Shown here: positions 14,272 to 26,266 of the stretch, in pieces
Position numbering within the stretch: position 1 is the stretch's first letter
How the letters are laid out: every line of letters begins with the position of its first letter
Origin: Phoronis australis
Lineage: Eukaryota; Animalia; Phoronida
Assembly: GCA_002633005.1 (NCBI GenBank)
Contig: NMRA01000343.1
Span: 427,820 to 491,819 of the forward strand
Direction of reading: 5' to 3'
Length of the DNA stretch: 64,000 nt
Notes under the pieces: model-generated
The model's input: the letters and a program-made list of their open reading frames with translations, nothing else
What the model was told of the DNA's origin: nothing
Databases searched by the model: none
Made by a program: the position numbers and the translations under genes

Positions 14272-14356
14272 CGATGGGTATCTTTGTATCCCAGAGTCCG
14301 CATAGAGCACAAGTTATTAGATTAATAAACCCAAAAATCAACTGCGCTTTTCTCAT
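14272..14356 (-). CDS. Ionotropic glutamate receptor (AMPA-like), coding exon 1: signal peptide
   Basis: ATG at 14356 reads MRKAQLIFGFINLITCALCGLWDTKIPI-G|gtaagt (85 nt, ends phase 1). Hydrophobic leader followed by the IxIGG motif that opens iGluR amino-terminal domains. Joins in frame to the exon at 6056. Confidence 0.85.
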
Positions 14357-17300
14357 TTTGTAAAGACTGTGTTTAATTTTTTCCTCTACGCACTCTTCTT
14401 GTTGGTTAAATCCTGTTTAAACTCGCCAAATAACCGAGGTTCGGTCGCTCATTGAAGCTACTTTGAGGTTCTGATGCCTCAACTGCCGTGACATGCATGC
14501 ATCTCGAAAATCAAGTTGCCTTCCCGACTTCTTATGACTCACACGTGACCTATCACAATTGCTGCATGCATAAAAACAAAAATCAATTATTGTCGTTGTA
14601 CGATGCGGACGATGACTCCCAGTGGAATTCAACTGGCGAACACAGAGTGGAGACACTGTGTCCGCTGTCGTGCCCGCTGTTTGGTATGGTGCGTGAAAAT
14701 GGGTTTGAAGTAATAGCCCGGCCTGCTCTTAATCTCACAGCCGACACCACCTATGCTAGCGCCGGGTATGCATACATATGCCAAGGAGTCTGGTTACCCA
14801 TATTGGGTAAATTGTGTATCACCGACGAGGTCTTGAAATAAGCTGGGTCACTAGATGGCGGACGAGTTTTGGGTGGACACTTGAGATGCACAATGCCAGT
14901 GTCACAAACAGCTCAGACATGTTGTGGATGGAGATTTTTGACTGTAGAATGTTACACTATATACTGATCGTCGTAGACTCATACGCAAAGCAAATGTAGC
15001 GACATGTACCTTGTGTCAAAGAAAACTATTAATTTTCGTCAATAGCTTGGCTCAGTAGAGAAAAAAACACTCAGGTTCCGGTTGTATAGTGTCGCACCAA
15101 AGTTTGAAATTTCAAGTATTGATACTTAGCCTCGGTAGGTGGGTACGACACTGCCACCCCTGGAGGACCCCTCGTAACAACGGGAAAGGGTGTAAGTTTG
15201 AGATGCACCGGTCCATGGTTTCAACTCGGTAGAGAACTATTGTAAAGTATAAACAAACCGATCTTCACCTACGGGGACCCTACCCTAATGGAGAGAGCCA
15301 GGTTTCGTTGCAAAGTTACACTGAAATCACGAGTCAGGAGAATTGGAATCGGTCGGTCCCTACCAGGAACTATATTTACGAGTTGTGTATGCTTAGCACA
15401 CGATGACGTAGTTCAGAAAGTTGTAATGGTTCTGACGCTGCACGTGATATGAGTCTCCATTAACTTGTCTGCTGGCAGCTTAGTTTCAACTACATTTGCT
15501 GCTGTTGAGTCATTCAACCGGCGAGCGCTTTCGCTCCACGAAATAGCGACCCACGATATTCAATTCTTTGAGTTCAGCAAGAACGAATTGTCATGTCTTT
15601 AATCTTAGTGTGGTGCAAGTTGCGTACAGTAGTTGCCGAGCCAACCACGTATAGGTCAAGCAATGCTTGCATTGAGAACGCGAGTTCATCGCATGTGCAA
15701 AGACATTCTCAAGAGGATTGCAAAAAATGACACTGTGCTTATCAAGTCTAATAGCATTAAGGAATGCAACATCTCAGTAGTATTTTGTACATACACGGAA
15801 TGAGAATTGTAATATTCTTGGTAAATTAATTGTTTTTGCGGTCGAGAAGTTGTCCATGTTTACACCAAACATGACCTCCCGGCGTGGGCGGATTTTGGGG
15901 GCAACATCTGCCCGGTAGCTAGATCTAAGAGATTCTTGTCTTCGGCAAATTCATCCTAGAACCGATCGTTTCCATATGAAAGAATCTGAGCGCCTAATGC
16001 CCAAATTAATATGAAAAAATGGCGTCCAAAACTTAACATTGAGGAGGGGAACTCGTTTTCAGCGACAAGAAAAATGCATCATGGACATTCTTTTGTGATT
16101 CTTAAACTTGCCAGCTTAAAATAAAGTCCTAACACAACAAACCCGCTTTCTGTTTTTTCCTTGATGATTCGATTCCTCGGCGTTAATTTCAGAGCTCGTT
16201 TTCGCGCAATATTTAGCCTAGATCTCAGTACTGCAATCGAGATCAACGAAATTAAACGATTCAGTGCTACTGTACATGGAAGGTCACCTGATTCAACAAA
16301 ATCCTGTCCGCCAATCAGAGTGTTTGGCACGGCTTAAAGAACAAGTCCCGGGATAACTTGCTAATAAAATTAGCAGTTCATAATTTAACATACTCTTATT
16401 CCTGAAACCAAGAAGACCGTTCGCCACTCAAAAGCCTAGCCTTTTACAAATTAATTGCATTTCGGGTGCAAATCCTCCCGGTAAGTTGTCGCCAGGAAAG
16501 GTCAAATCGGCGCATTTAATTTCATAAGCAGTACGTTAGCAATGAATGTTCGTTTACATCGCTTTGGCATCGGTATTGTGGTTGGTAAATGGTAATTATT
16601 GCAGAATTTCCAACTGTTTTTCACATCGTACGGTAACTAAAAAGGTATGCAACCAGTCACAGGTTCTTACTAAAATCGGACGTACATGTATCTCCCATTG
16701 TTAACTATAAAAGATAAACTGATACTACTAATGCACATACTGTTCGTGACGTCACGCGCACGATTGAGAAAATTGGGGGTCCGGACACGAGACACGTGAT
16801 TTATCCATGGGACAACGTGGGAGTTTAAGAATACGTCAATCCATACTTAGCAAGCAAATGCATTTGCTTCTCAAAACACCAGAACCTCAGGGATTTGTAC
16901 TACTTGGAGCTCCACTACATTAGACAGGTAATATGTCCGTGAATAATTATTTACGGACACGAAGGGACAGAAACACACTCGCGGGAGAGAATTTGCATTT
17001 TGTAAAAACCCCTACTTAGTGTTGATTTTTGTAAAGAGTGCTTTTTCATCATGGCTGATAGAGACATTAACGTGGTACCCGTGGCGCCAATTTCAATTTA
17101 TGAGCTCACTGCTAATTACGTCGGCATGTAGGCACGGCCTTTAAAGTTCACTTGTACATTTACAAAATGGATGGAACGGAGGGTGATTAGGTCGTTGTAA
17201 TCCAGGTATATTCAGTACCAACACTTAAAGTAGAAAGTTGCACATTTTTTTGAAACGATTAATTCTCCTCCGTGTAAACTGATACTCAGACGTGTAAACT

Positions 17301-17521
17301 GATACTCAGTTCCCAACACGTGTGCAAAAAACTGATTTCTGATAAATAACTAAATACAGTCTATGGCTTGATAGTCAGTTTGAAGACTGCACTCAGAGTT
17401 CGCAATTAGATGTGTCAACATACGAGAAAAAATGACTGCATCTTCAAACCCTGCCCTTGAAACCTCCGGCCAAGTTTCGGTTTGAGCGTCTAGCCCCACC
17501 GAGCTGTAGTTGAACAGTAAT

Positions 17522-18600
17522 AGAAAGCATTCGATCGAATCCCTCATAATTTACGCTTCCATAGATTGAAAAACATTGATGTGCATGGTGAGATTTTCAA
17601 CATAATCCGCTCTATGTTTAGTAAATTGCGCACTTATGTGAAAACTCAAGATCGTCTTACAGAGTTCTTCATTGGCACTTGCCAAGGTTGCATGATCAGC
17701 CCATTATTATTTGTGTTGTATCTGAATTTCTGGATCAACTGAGTGCGAAAAGTAATAGCAATAGCACATATCCCAGCGAACAAGTGCCAAAAGTTAACTC
17801 CCTGGTGTACGCAGACGACATGGTGTTATGTTCCTTTACCGCCATCAACTTACAATGTATGCTAAATTGTTTGGCGAATTTTGCGAATCATGGGGCATGC
17901 AAGTAAACTTGAAGAAAACCAAGGTGGTAGTTTTCAGAAAAAGTGGTCCTCTTAGACGATATGGGAAATGGTTTTACACTGGAACTTCGGTCGATGTAGT
18001 GTCTCATTATAAACACCTTGGGCTACTTATTACCCCCAAAGTTTCGTGGACCAAAGCCATTACAGACTTATCTAGTCAGTAAAGCTGCCTCTGCAATTTG
18101 TAAATTAAAGCGGAAATGTTGTAATCTACCTATGTCAATAGCCTTTCACCTGTTCGATAAATTGGTTTACCCCTCTCTGTGTTACAGCGCTGAAATATGG
18201 GGCTTTGTAAGGAAAATTCTGTCTGTGTATAGTTTTTCAGATGTATGGATTAATCAAGGTGTGGTAATTCAAGCGTATATCTTAACAGTTTTTTTTCTCA
18301 ATGCGTCAGTGACTGTTATTTGCAAGGCTGGCAGTCTGATATCGAATGTAACGCAAAACTGCCTTACCATGTGAGGTAAAAAACAATGTATTGTCTAGAG
18401 AATTATCTAGAAATAGTTGGTGTCCCACGTTTTTTATCCAGTCTCTGACTCCATTGCGATGTTTAAGTGATTCGTTACTAGTGGAAAGAGGTCGCCTCAC
18501 AAATATTCCCTATGAAAATAGTTTGGATGTGTAGAGGACAAATACCACATTGTGCTAGTTTGTAGACCCGGGTTAAGCACTTAAGTGATCGTTTTGTCAT
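17522..18600 (+). mobile_element. Degraded non-LTR retrotransposon reverse transcriptase (CR1/L2/RTE-X type)
   Basis: Frameshifted motifs RKAFDRIPH...IIRSMFS, SLVYADDMVL, WGMQVNLKKTKVVVF, YKHLGLLI, LFDKLVYPSLCYSAEIWG. Absent from the paralogous segment near 22560. Confidence 0.88.
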
Positions 18601-19559
18601 TCTCCCCCGATATCTGAATTTGATTCTCTCATGAGAACTCCGGGTACCATTCTTCTAAATTCCACAATGCTCTCAAGCGTCACAATTTATTATCCGGTGT
18701 GTAACGCACCTGACAATGCTCTGTCGTATACATGTACATGTTATACTTTGGGCCTGTGGCTATATGTATACATTTCAATTAATCACAAATTAAACAATAT
18801 AAACGCACTGACTATTATATCTATAACAAGGTAAAATTGAAGAGAGGTCGTGATCTAGGGTCTAATTCTCGAAGAGTTTATAGCTAAAATCTGTGTTCTT
18901 TTTGTCTTGTGGCGTTTGGCAGGTACATGTATGCTGCTGAGAAGGCTGCGGATTTCTGACTTTTGGATTCGAAACTGTAGACTGATTTCCAGATTTCTCG
19001 AAACAAGTTATCTGTAGCCTGATTTTTAGCCAAAAGACAGTAGACTAGTCAACAAAAAGCGCTCTGACGTCAATTATGAAGTGAACATCTCCCCTTAAAT
19101 ATCTTAGGGAACAAAAGAACTTATGAGCCGATTTTGCCACAGGTGAGCATGGCTTCATACTGATATAAACTCTTCTTCATACTCGAAAACTTTAGTGGAG
19201 ATCTGAGATTTATATTTTTGATATTCTTTTAAAAGCAGACTGGTAATTACAACAGAACTATGCATAAATAGATAAAAGCGCAGCAGCAGATGTGAGAAGA
19301 CGGTCGGTCTTTATTGCTTTTGGTATTCCACAACCCTGCAATAACTTTATCATGGCAGCGAGCAACGGAACTAGTGGCACGGCAACCGTTAGAATGAAGA
19401 TTACATTAATTTGAAAACGAGTTTTGTTGGTTAGTTCACGAGCAATTTATACTTTCTTACTGTGACGGTTATTTTCAATATCGAGGAAAAAATAAGATCC
19501 AGTAGTCCCGAAGACAGCAAATAAACCTCTTAAATGCTTATAAGGTTACCTAACGCCAT

Positions 19560-19729
19560 TTATAAGCATTTGGTCAAGTCATAATCGAACAATGTGGAAT
19601 TTACCGGACTTTTGGCAAAACATTTTAGTAACTCCGCGTCGCATTCGCACAATGCGATTCGGCATTCAATGGGATAAGTCTTGTCCCACGGTAGCACTCT
19701 CATCGGGATCAGGTAGTTATGGTTTTCGG
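19560..19729 (-). CDS. Secreted phospholipase A2 terminal exon, copy A (open)
   Basis: gttttcttttttcag| xCC then ENHNYLIPMRVLPWDKTYPIECRIALCECDAELLKCFAKSPVNSTLFDYDLTKCL*. Contains the CxxxLCxCDxxxxxCF helix (Asp99) and a C-terminal Cys. Phase 1, compatible with the catalytic exon donor. Missed by the ORF track. Confidence 0.75.
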
Positions 19730-20024
19730 CTGAAAAAAGAAAACGTACAATATCACTCTATGCCGAGGATGATGAGGAATTGAGTCTCTGTTTTTGTATT
19801 CACGGGTATTTGATCCTTCGGTCAAAAATAATGATGATAGTACTGATGAATATGAAGATAACGATGATATTCATGGCCATAATGCCGACTGTGAATGAAG
19901 AGGTAAATATTTTACGAAACATCATTGTCCGGACTTTAAAGGAGAATGCCACCCGATTTAATTTGTCCTTTTTACCGTCTTAATCGGTCTATATCCACAT
20001 CGCCTCTTATACGGTCAAGCTCAC

Positions 20025-20092
20025 CTTGCCGAGAGTTGTCGCGTTAACCAGTGAGGAAGGTGAGAAACGACGCAGCGACGTCAGTGGTTCGT
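20025..20092 (-). CDS. Candidate small exon in the PLA2 locus (Ser/Thr-rich)
   Basis: cactctgcag| xAC EPLTSLRRFSPSSLVNATTLGK |gtgagc. 68 nt, phase 1 to 0, open. No homology support. Confidence 0.3.
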
Positions 20093-21133
20093 CTGCAGAG
20101 TGAATGCTGCTATATTGCGGTGCATCGTTCCCGCTTGTCCGAACTATGACTCGCATAACAAACGCAGAAACGAATGACTAAAACGGGAAAAACAAAACTT
20201 TTGAAAAGTTGACTTGTAGGAGACAAAGCCAGGAAAATTCCAGTGCATGGACCTCGGTTCGCTTTTTTGAAAAAAATGCACAAAAGTGGACCTACATGTG
20301 ACAATGCGCTAAAGACTGTAATAATGGTTGAGATCTTGGCCACATACCTCTAATATTAAAGTGCTTTTACATGTAACTGGAAGAATAAGCGAGGAACTAG
20401 CACAGCCCAATCGCCGTGCTTTCACAGAATGTGGATGGAACGCAGCACACGGCTCGTTCGCGGCCGAATCCGCACATTCGCTTCACTCGAATTTCGAAAA
20501 ATAACTCAACGTTTACATCGTTTCTTCAATTTCTCGTGCCCCCGCATATTGATCGAGTATGCAACAGAGTACGCGGTAAATACAGGCGGCGGACGAATAC
20601 CCCCAAATAGTAGCCTACTTTGCTTCGAGAAAGAAGCGAGTTCGCCGGATCGAGGCCGACTGGAGCTACGATTCGGTATGACAAAGAAAAAAAACACACT
20701 GGGCACTGGCGGCCGCAAAACCCGACGTTTTTCCGTCGCGGGAACGTAAGGGAAGGAGGCGTCAGGTGGCTTTCTAATTATTTTGTCTGACCGACTCAAC
20801 TGGGCCTTGTGTTAGCGTTTTCATTAATGTATAGATGACAGTCTAATACACTCCTTAAGTTGTTCTCTGGTGTAAGTAGGTAAAAATTTTGAACAACATA
20901 CCAGTCACCACAGAAGACAGCAAAATCAATTTTCTCCTAAATAGTTTTGTAAAAATTCCAGGTCACCCTCATTCGGCCCATTTTAATTCACGAGAAAAAA
21001 TATTCATTTGAACGCGCAATTCCATGCCCAACAAGTACCAACCAAGACCTCACCAATATATTTTTAAATTTCATATTCGAAATCGTTATTAAATATAACA
21101 CACTCACCTCTGGCGTTTCCTGTTCCATGACCA

Positions 21134-21190
21134 AACAAGAGCAAAGTAGATCTTTGAAATGCACCCTCGACTGCATCGCAAACGGTGTCC
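21134..21190 (-). mobile_element. Isolated 3' end of the HINE-like element
   Basis: acaagagcaa...tgaaatgcaccctcgactgcatcgcaaacggtgt is the reverse complement of the element ends at 37942-37996 and 58615-58669. Confidence 0.6.
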
Positions 21191-22711
21191 TTCTAGGGGC
21201 GTTTACTTGCAGTTAAGAGGCAGTCCATATAAAAACCAGATTTTAAAAAAATCAGTTTATACGTCAAAATTCAAAACATCTTCATTTTTGTACATGGTAC
21301 CGACATTGAAAATAAAAGGGTCAGTGGGTCGTCCCGTTACGGGTAAATCACTATCAAGGTCCAAATTTGGTGGCCAATTTTGGTGAAAAATGAAAGCTAT
21401 TATATAACTATGAAAGCTGGGTTAATTTAAAGTACCACCACTCCAGGTTTGTAATCTAAAATACTTTTGCACAAGAACACCGAATAAAATGTTGTTTCCA
21501 GAAGCATTGCAGTTGTATAAAAGAATACGTAGGCCTACACAATAACTTATGGCCCCAACCTACTTCTATCATTGCAAAAATCACAAGGAAGATATTAATA
21601 TTAATTTCTTGAGTAAATTGAAGAAGTAAAAACTATGACATAGTAAAGTAAGAAAAATTATTACCGTGCTGGTCAAAGTGTTCTAGAAGGTGATGTTTTA
21701 CATATCTTAACACACTTTAATGAGAACTTTTCTCTAACAATATGATTCTTACAAAAGGAAAACGATAAGTAACTCATACTTCAAAGACTTCATTGATGGT
21801 ATTTGCCTCAGTCCAGTGTTCAACAATAAACAATGTACGTACACTACATAATTTCGTACACTCAATCAACATCAAAATTTGACTAAGTTAGAAATGTTTC
21901 GGATGGCCTCGAGTTTTGTGTGCCGGTATTACTTGTCGGTTTGCTGCAAGTCATCTTGAGAGATAGAGCACCTGCCTTTGCAACATCAGCTGTTAAACGA
22001 CGTGTCTTCTAGGATATTACTGGCTAAGTCCTGTGTGGCATTCTAATGCCCACAAATTTGGTAATCTCTTTTGTCTTTGCCAGACTGGATGGATTTAGGA
22101 TATAACAGTATTGTTCATGAGAACATCAGTATAAATAAGTGCTTGGAGGCATTATTTTATTGCATAGGAGTTGAAGGTACGTACATGTACACCACGCAGA
22201 GGTACGTACACTATATTTCAATGACAGGTCAGCATGGAGGTACGGCCTTTAAAATTCACTTGTACATGTACAAAATGTATGGAACGGAAGGTGATTAGTT
22301 TATAATCCAGGTAGATTCAGTAGCAACACTTAAAGTAGAAAAAATCAAATTTCTTTTCAATGATTTATTTCCTATTACGTGTAAACGGATACTCAGATAC
22401 TAAATATTGTCAGTTCGAAGACTGCACTCAGAAAGATACATGTATGTTAACATACCAGAAAAATGGCCGCACTTCTTCGAACTATGCCCTTGAAATCTCC
22501 AGCCACGATTTGAGCGTCTAATCACAGCCCCACCGAGATCTTGTTGAATAGTAATATAATATAACCGCACTGGTGATTACACCTATAACATATACAGCCG
22601 AAAGTTGTTTTCTTTTTTGTCTTTAGACTTTAGACCAGTAAGTTCCTGAGCAGGCTGCGAATTTTTGACATCGAGCTGTAGGCAGATTTCTTGATTTCGT
22701 GAAACAAGCCT

Positions 22712-23200
22712 TCCAGTCTCTGTTAAGGAAAGCAACTCTTTTACGGGGATAAAAAATAATTTTAAAACTGTTTTTCATAATTTTGATAACTCAACACCCT
22801 TGACTCAATTCTCCCTTCCCCGCGATAACGAAATAGCATTGTACAGATCAAGACGTGGCCTTTTCCTCAACTCTGACAAGTTCAGGCACAACTTTAGTAA
22901 TGTCTCTCCAAACTGTAAATGTGGTGAACATCAACCTTATTCTCATATTTTCTTCAAATGTCCCCTCATCGAATCCCTGAGAGACTCACTCTTTCGTGCA
23001 CTCAATGATAACCAATCAATTGTTAACGCTCTCAATTCTTGTAATAATATCCCTACTAGAGTTACATTATTATAGAATGGTAGTCCTAACCTTGACTTCG
23101 TTCTCAACGAATTCCTCCTAAGCAATGTTAGTAAATTTTTATGTACCGTTTATCAATATTGTTGCATCTGATTTCCCTACATGAATCTGTACATATTTTT
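22712..23200 (+). mobile_element. 3' fragment of a CR1/L2-type LINE
   Basis: LYRSRRGLFLNSDKFRHNFSNVSPNCKCGEHQPYSHIFFKCP is the typical C-terminal CxC...H...CP motif. Inserted relative to copy A. Confidence 0.7.
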
Positions 23201-24932
23201 GTTTTTATACATTTGTAATAGCATATCTAAGTATTGGAATACTTATATTAGATACTACTTAATTGTATATACCTCTATGTATATTAGTTTCATTTATGAA
23301 ATGTTTACCATCCAGATATATTGCTTCGCGGTTTCTGGGTGTTGGTGACATTTTTTGATGCTGTAGATAATTAGTCTAATTAAAAGCAATATTATGCAAT
23401 TTTAGTGACTAGTGTATAATTAATTAAACATATTGCTTGTTTACCAAAATTTGTAACCTCCTAGGAGTACATGGGAAGTGATTCGCCACATGTCTGTTAC
23501 CAGTTGTGGGATGTTTATAGTAACAATTGTGCCTTGTTTTGCAAGTGGTGTTACTTAAAGTCTTTGAAAACCTGTCAGCTTTGGGATGAGGCGTTTCCGA
23601 CAATAACAATAATCTGTTATTTGTCCATCGGAATTACTCAACTCTTGATTGTCCTGCACCATAATTGGTAATGACTTGGGTTCATTGCTGGAGTCCAGCA
23701 GATTGATTCACAGAATTGTTTTGGAACCAGCGGCTGTTCAGAGAATTGTTTTGGAAATAGATGTAGCATTTTGGAGGAAGTTTGTGGGTTTTCATGTTTT
23801 GAACTATTTCGCCCACCTTTCTTGTGTTCAGTATAAATATTCTGTTAGCTACTCTAGAATTCATATTGCTTAGAGAGAGGCTGCTGCTTGCTTCAAAAAT
23901 ATCTCACATACCCAGCTTTGGTAAGAGACAATTTTATTTCTTGATGTTTTACTATAAACTTTGACTTAAGAAACAACTATTCTCAGTTCTTTGATTATTT
24001 GATTAACTCATAGAAAGCGTTGTAATAGAAATTGTTGTAACTACAAGTTTCTGCTGACTATTGTTTGCCAAATTGTGAGTTGATATGGTATTATTAGATA
24101 TGTAATTTTCTGTATTTTAGTATGATGTATTTGGTACTTCAATTTGTATTAGATATTGTATTATCTTTATTAATTGATTCAGGTTTAACCGTATCATATC
24201 GTATCGTATCGTATTGTGAATCGTAAATCGTACACCGTATTGAAAATCGTATTATTACTCGTATCATATCATAAATAAAGTTTTATGAGCCACTGTTACG
24301 GTATTATTATTATTATTATACGCGTGTAAACCACTGGGTCAACAACAACAACAACAAGAGAGACACATCTAATGTGCGTGTGACTGTACGCTACACTGGG
24401 TTTGTTATTATTTCTTTGTATGCTCTGTGTATTCTTCAATAAATATATATATCACTTAAAAAGCCTTCTGTAAACTGATTTTTAGCCAAACGACAATAGA
24501 CTAGCTCTGACGTCAATTATGAAGTAACCATCTCCCTTTAAATATCTTACAAAACAACAGATCTTATGTGCCCATTTTGCCAGAAATGAACATGGCTTCA
24601 TATTGGAATAAACTCTTCTTCATATTCGAACACTTTAGTGGAGACCTGAGACATATAATATATGTCTAAAAATATTATTTTTTTCATTCTGTTGAAAGCA
24701 GATTGGCAATTACCACGGAATTGTGCCGAGAGATAAAAATGCGCAAGACCAGTTGATGTGAGAAGAGGGTCGGTATTTGTTAGTATTTGGCACGCCGAAA
24801 TACACTAATTTTACCATGGCGGTGAGAATAGCAAAAGAATATTGTACGGTTAGAAACGGAGCTAGTAACAGGAAAGTCGTTAGGAAGCAAATTACATTTA
24901 CTTAGAAACGAGTTTCGTACTTAGTTCACATG

Positions 24933-25275
24933 TTAAACAGGCATCGAACGCGAAAGCTAGTCAAAAATAACTATTAAGCGATGCCTGACTAACATACCAT
25001 CACGCAACGTCTGGTACAGAGTTATTCACTTTCCCCTGTGAGGAAACTTCCAGAATATTCACAAAATTAACGATTTTAAAATTACGAATGAAGGAAAATC
25101 GATAATGTGGCGAGCTGTTAACATATCCGATTCGTTTTTCCGAAATTTGAAACTTTGGCTGTTATCAACAGAAATTAAAAATCTTTTCGAACAAACCCTC
25201 GAAATACCTGGTGTGCAGGTTGCATTCTGTTTCAGAGGCAGAGTAGTCCGTTTATCGTGCTCCAGGTCTCTTTAA
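24933..25275. mobile_element. Kolobok-like MITE (also duplicated at ~28273-28615)
   Basis: TTAA-flanked, same termini as 2673-3270, absent at the homologous site in copy A (~19440). Confidence 0.6.
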
Positions 25276-25396
25276 TACAATTCTTATTTATACTTTCTTG
25301 ACAGTTAATTTCAATATCAAGCATTTGGTGGTCAGAAAAAGTTAAAATCCAGGAGCCCTGAAGACCGCAAATAAACGTCTTGCAATAATTATGAGG

Positions 25397-25664
25397 TTAC
25401 CCAACGTCATTTATACATGTACACATTTGGTCAAGTTCTAATTGACAAATATTGGATTTATCGGAATTTTTGGCGAAACATTTTATAGACTCCAAATCGC
25501 ATTTGCATAATGCGACGCGACATTCAATGGGATAATAGGACAAGTACCACGGTAGCCACCAGTTCATCGGATAGTTCTTCTTTTCCTCGCCACCGAGGAC
25601 GTTTGGATCTCTGTTTTTTGTAGTTAATAGTGTCTGATCCTTCGGTGAAACATGAACCAGACCA
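25397..25664 (-). pseudogene. PLA2 terminal exon, copy B (frameshifted)
   Basis: YPIECRVALCKCDLESIKCFAKN is followed by a +1 frameshift relative to copies A and C. The acceptor tttcttgtgcag at 25665 is not phase-compatible with the upstream catalytic exon. Confidence 0.65.
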
Positions 25665-26067
25665 CTGCACAAGAAACGATTTTTATCAAGCTAACGACAT
25701 TGCCGTCGATCGTATCGCGTGTGCTAGCTAGCCAGCAAACTGTATGAAGACTATTGTCAAAATATCCAGCTTTGCACCAAGGCTACGTGTGTGCTAGCCT
25801 TCATGTATCCAGTAAAAAAGCTTTTAAAGAAATATATCGTGTTTTTTCTAATCTAAAATGTGTCCCATAATTCTGTGGTTGCCTCCATGCTGCCAGAAAG
25901 AGTCGTGTTTTAAATAGATATACTGTGTTTATCGAGTTATTCCTATCTAAAGCGTGCTCATAATTTCGACTGAAACACTCTGTATTATTCAACTATTCAG
26001 AAACCACATTGCTACAAACCCTTTCAACAGAAGATCCCCGAATTAGGAAGTCAAGAGGTCAACTTAC

Positions 26068-26201
26068 TGCACGCTGTCAACTTATTCTTGGACTCAGTGT
26101 AGAGGTATTTTGTGAAATATAATGGAGTCGCATCGTCCTTGGCCCCACATTTCTCCATCGCTTGTATTTTATCGTAACATTTGTCGTGGTTGTAGCAACA
26201 C
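26068..26201 (-). CDS. Secreted phospholipase A2 catalytic exon, copy B
   Basis: cacgtttcag|G CCYNHDKCYDKIQAMEKCGAKDDATPLYFTKYLYTESKNKLTAC A|gtaagt. 134 nt, phase 2 to 1. CCxxHDxCY active-site signature (His48/Asp49/Tyr52). Confidence 0.85.
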
Positions 26202-26266
26202 CTGAAACGTGCGTGAAAGTAGAGTAAATCTAGAACCAACATGTATAGTAAGGCTAGGAACCAATA

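Larger units (their letters stand above)
17120..19830. repeat. Old segmental duplicate (copy A) of 22225-25660 (copy B)
   Basis: Colinear matches: 17120-17520 with 22225-22555, 18890-19010 with 22600-22710, 19010-19830 with 24470-25660. Each copy carries different TE insertions. Confidence 0.85.
24721..26238. repeat. Near-identical 1.5-kb direct repeat of 28061-29577
   Basis: Both start ttgtgccgagagataaaaat and end gagtaaatctagaacca. They differ only by scattered substitutions and a 1-nt indel. Confidence 0.95.

Noticed and set aside
15130-15370. GC-rich segment upstream of the iGluR as an HDV-like ribozyme
   Set aside because: P3/P1 pairings around ccctcgt cannot be formed. More likely an old SINE remnant.
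19871-19873. In-frame TGA in the extended PLA2 exon as selenocysteine
   Set aside because: A further frameshift follows and no SECIS element was recognised. Ordinary decay is simpler.
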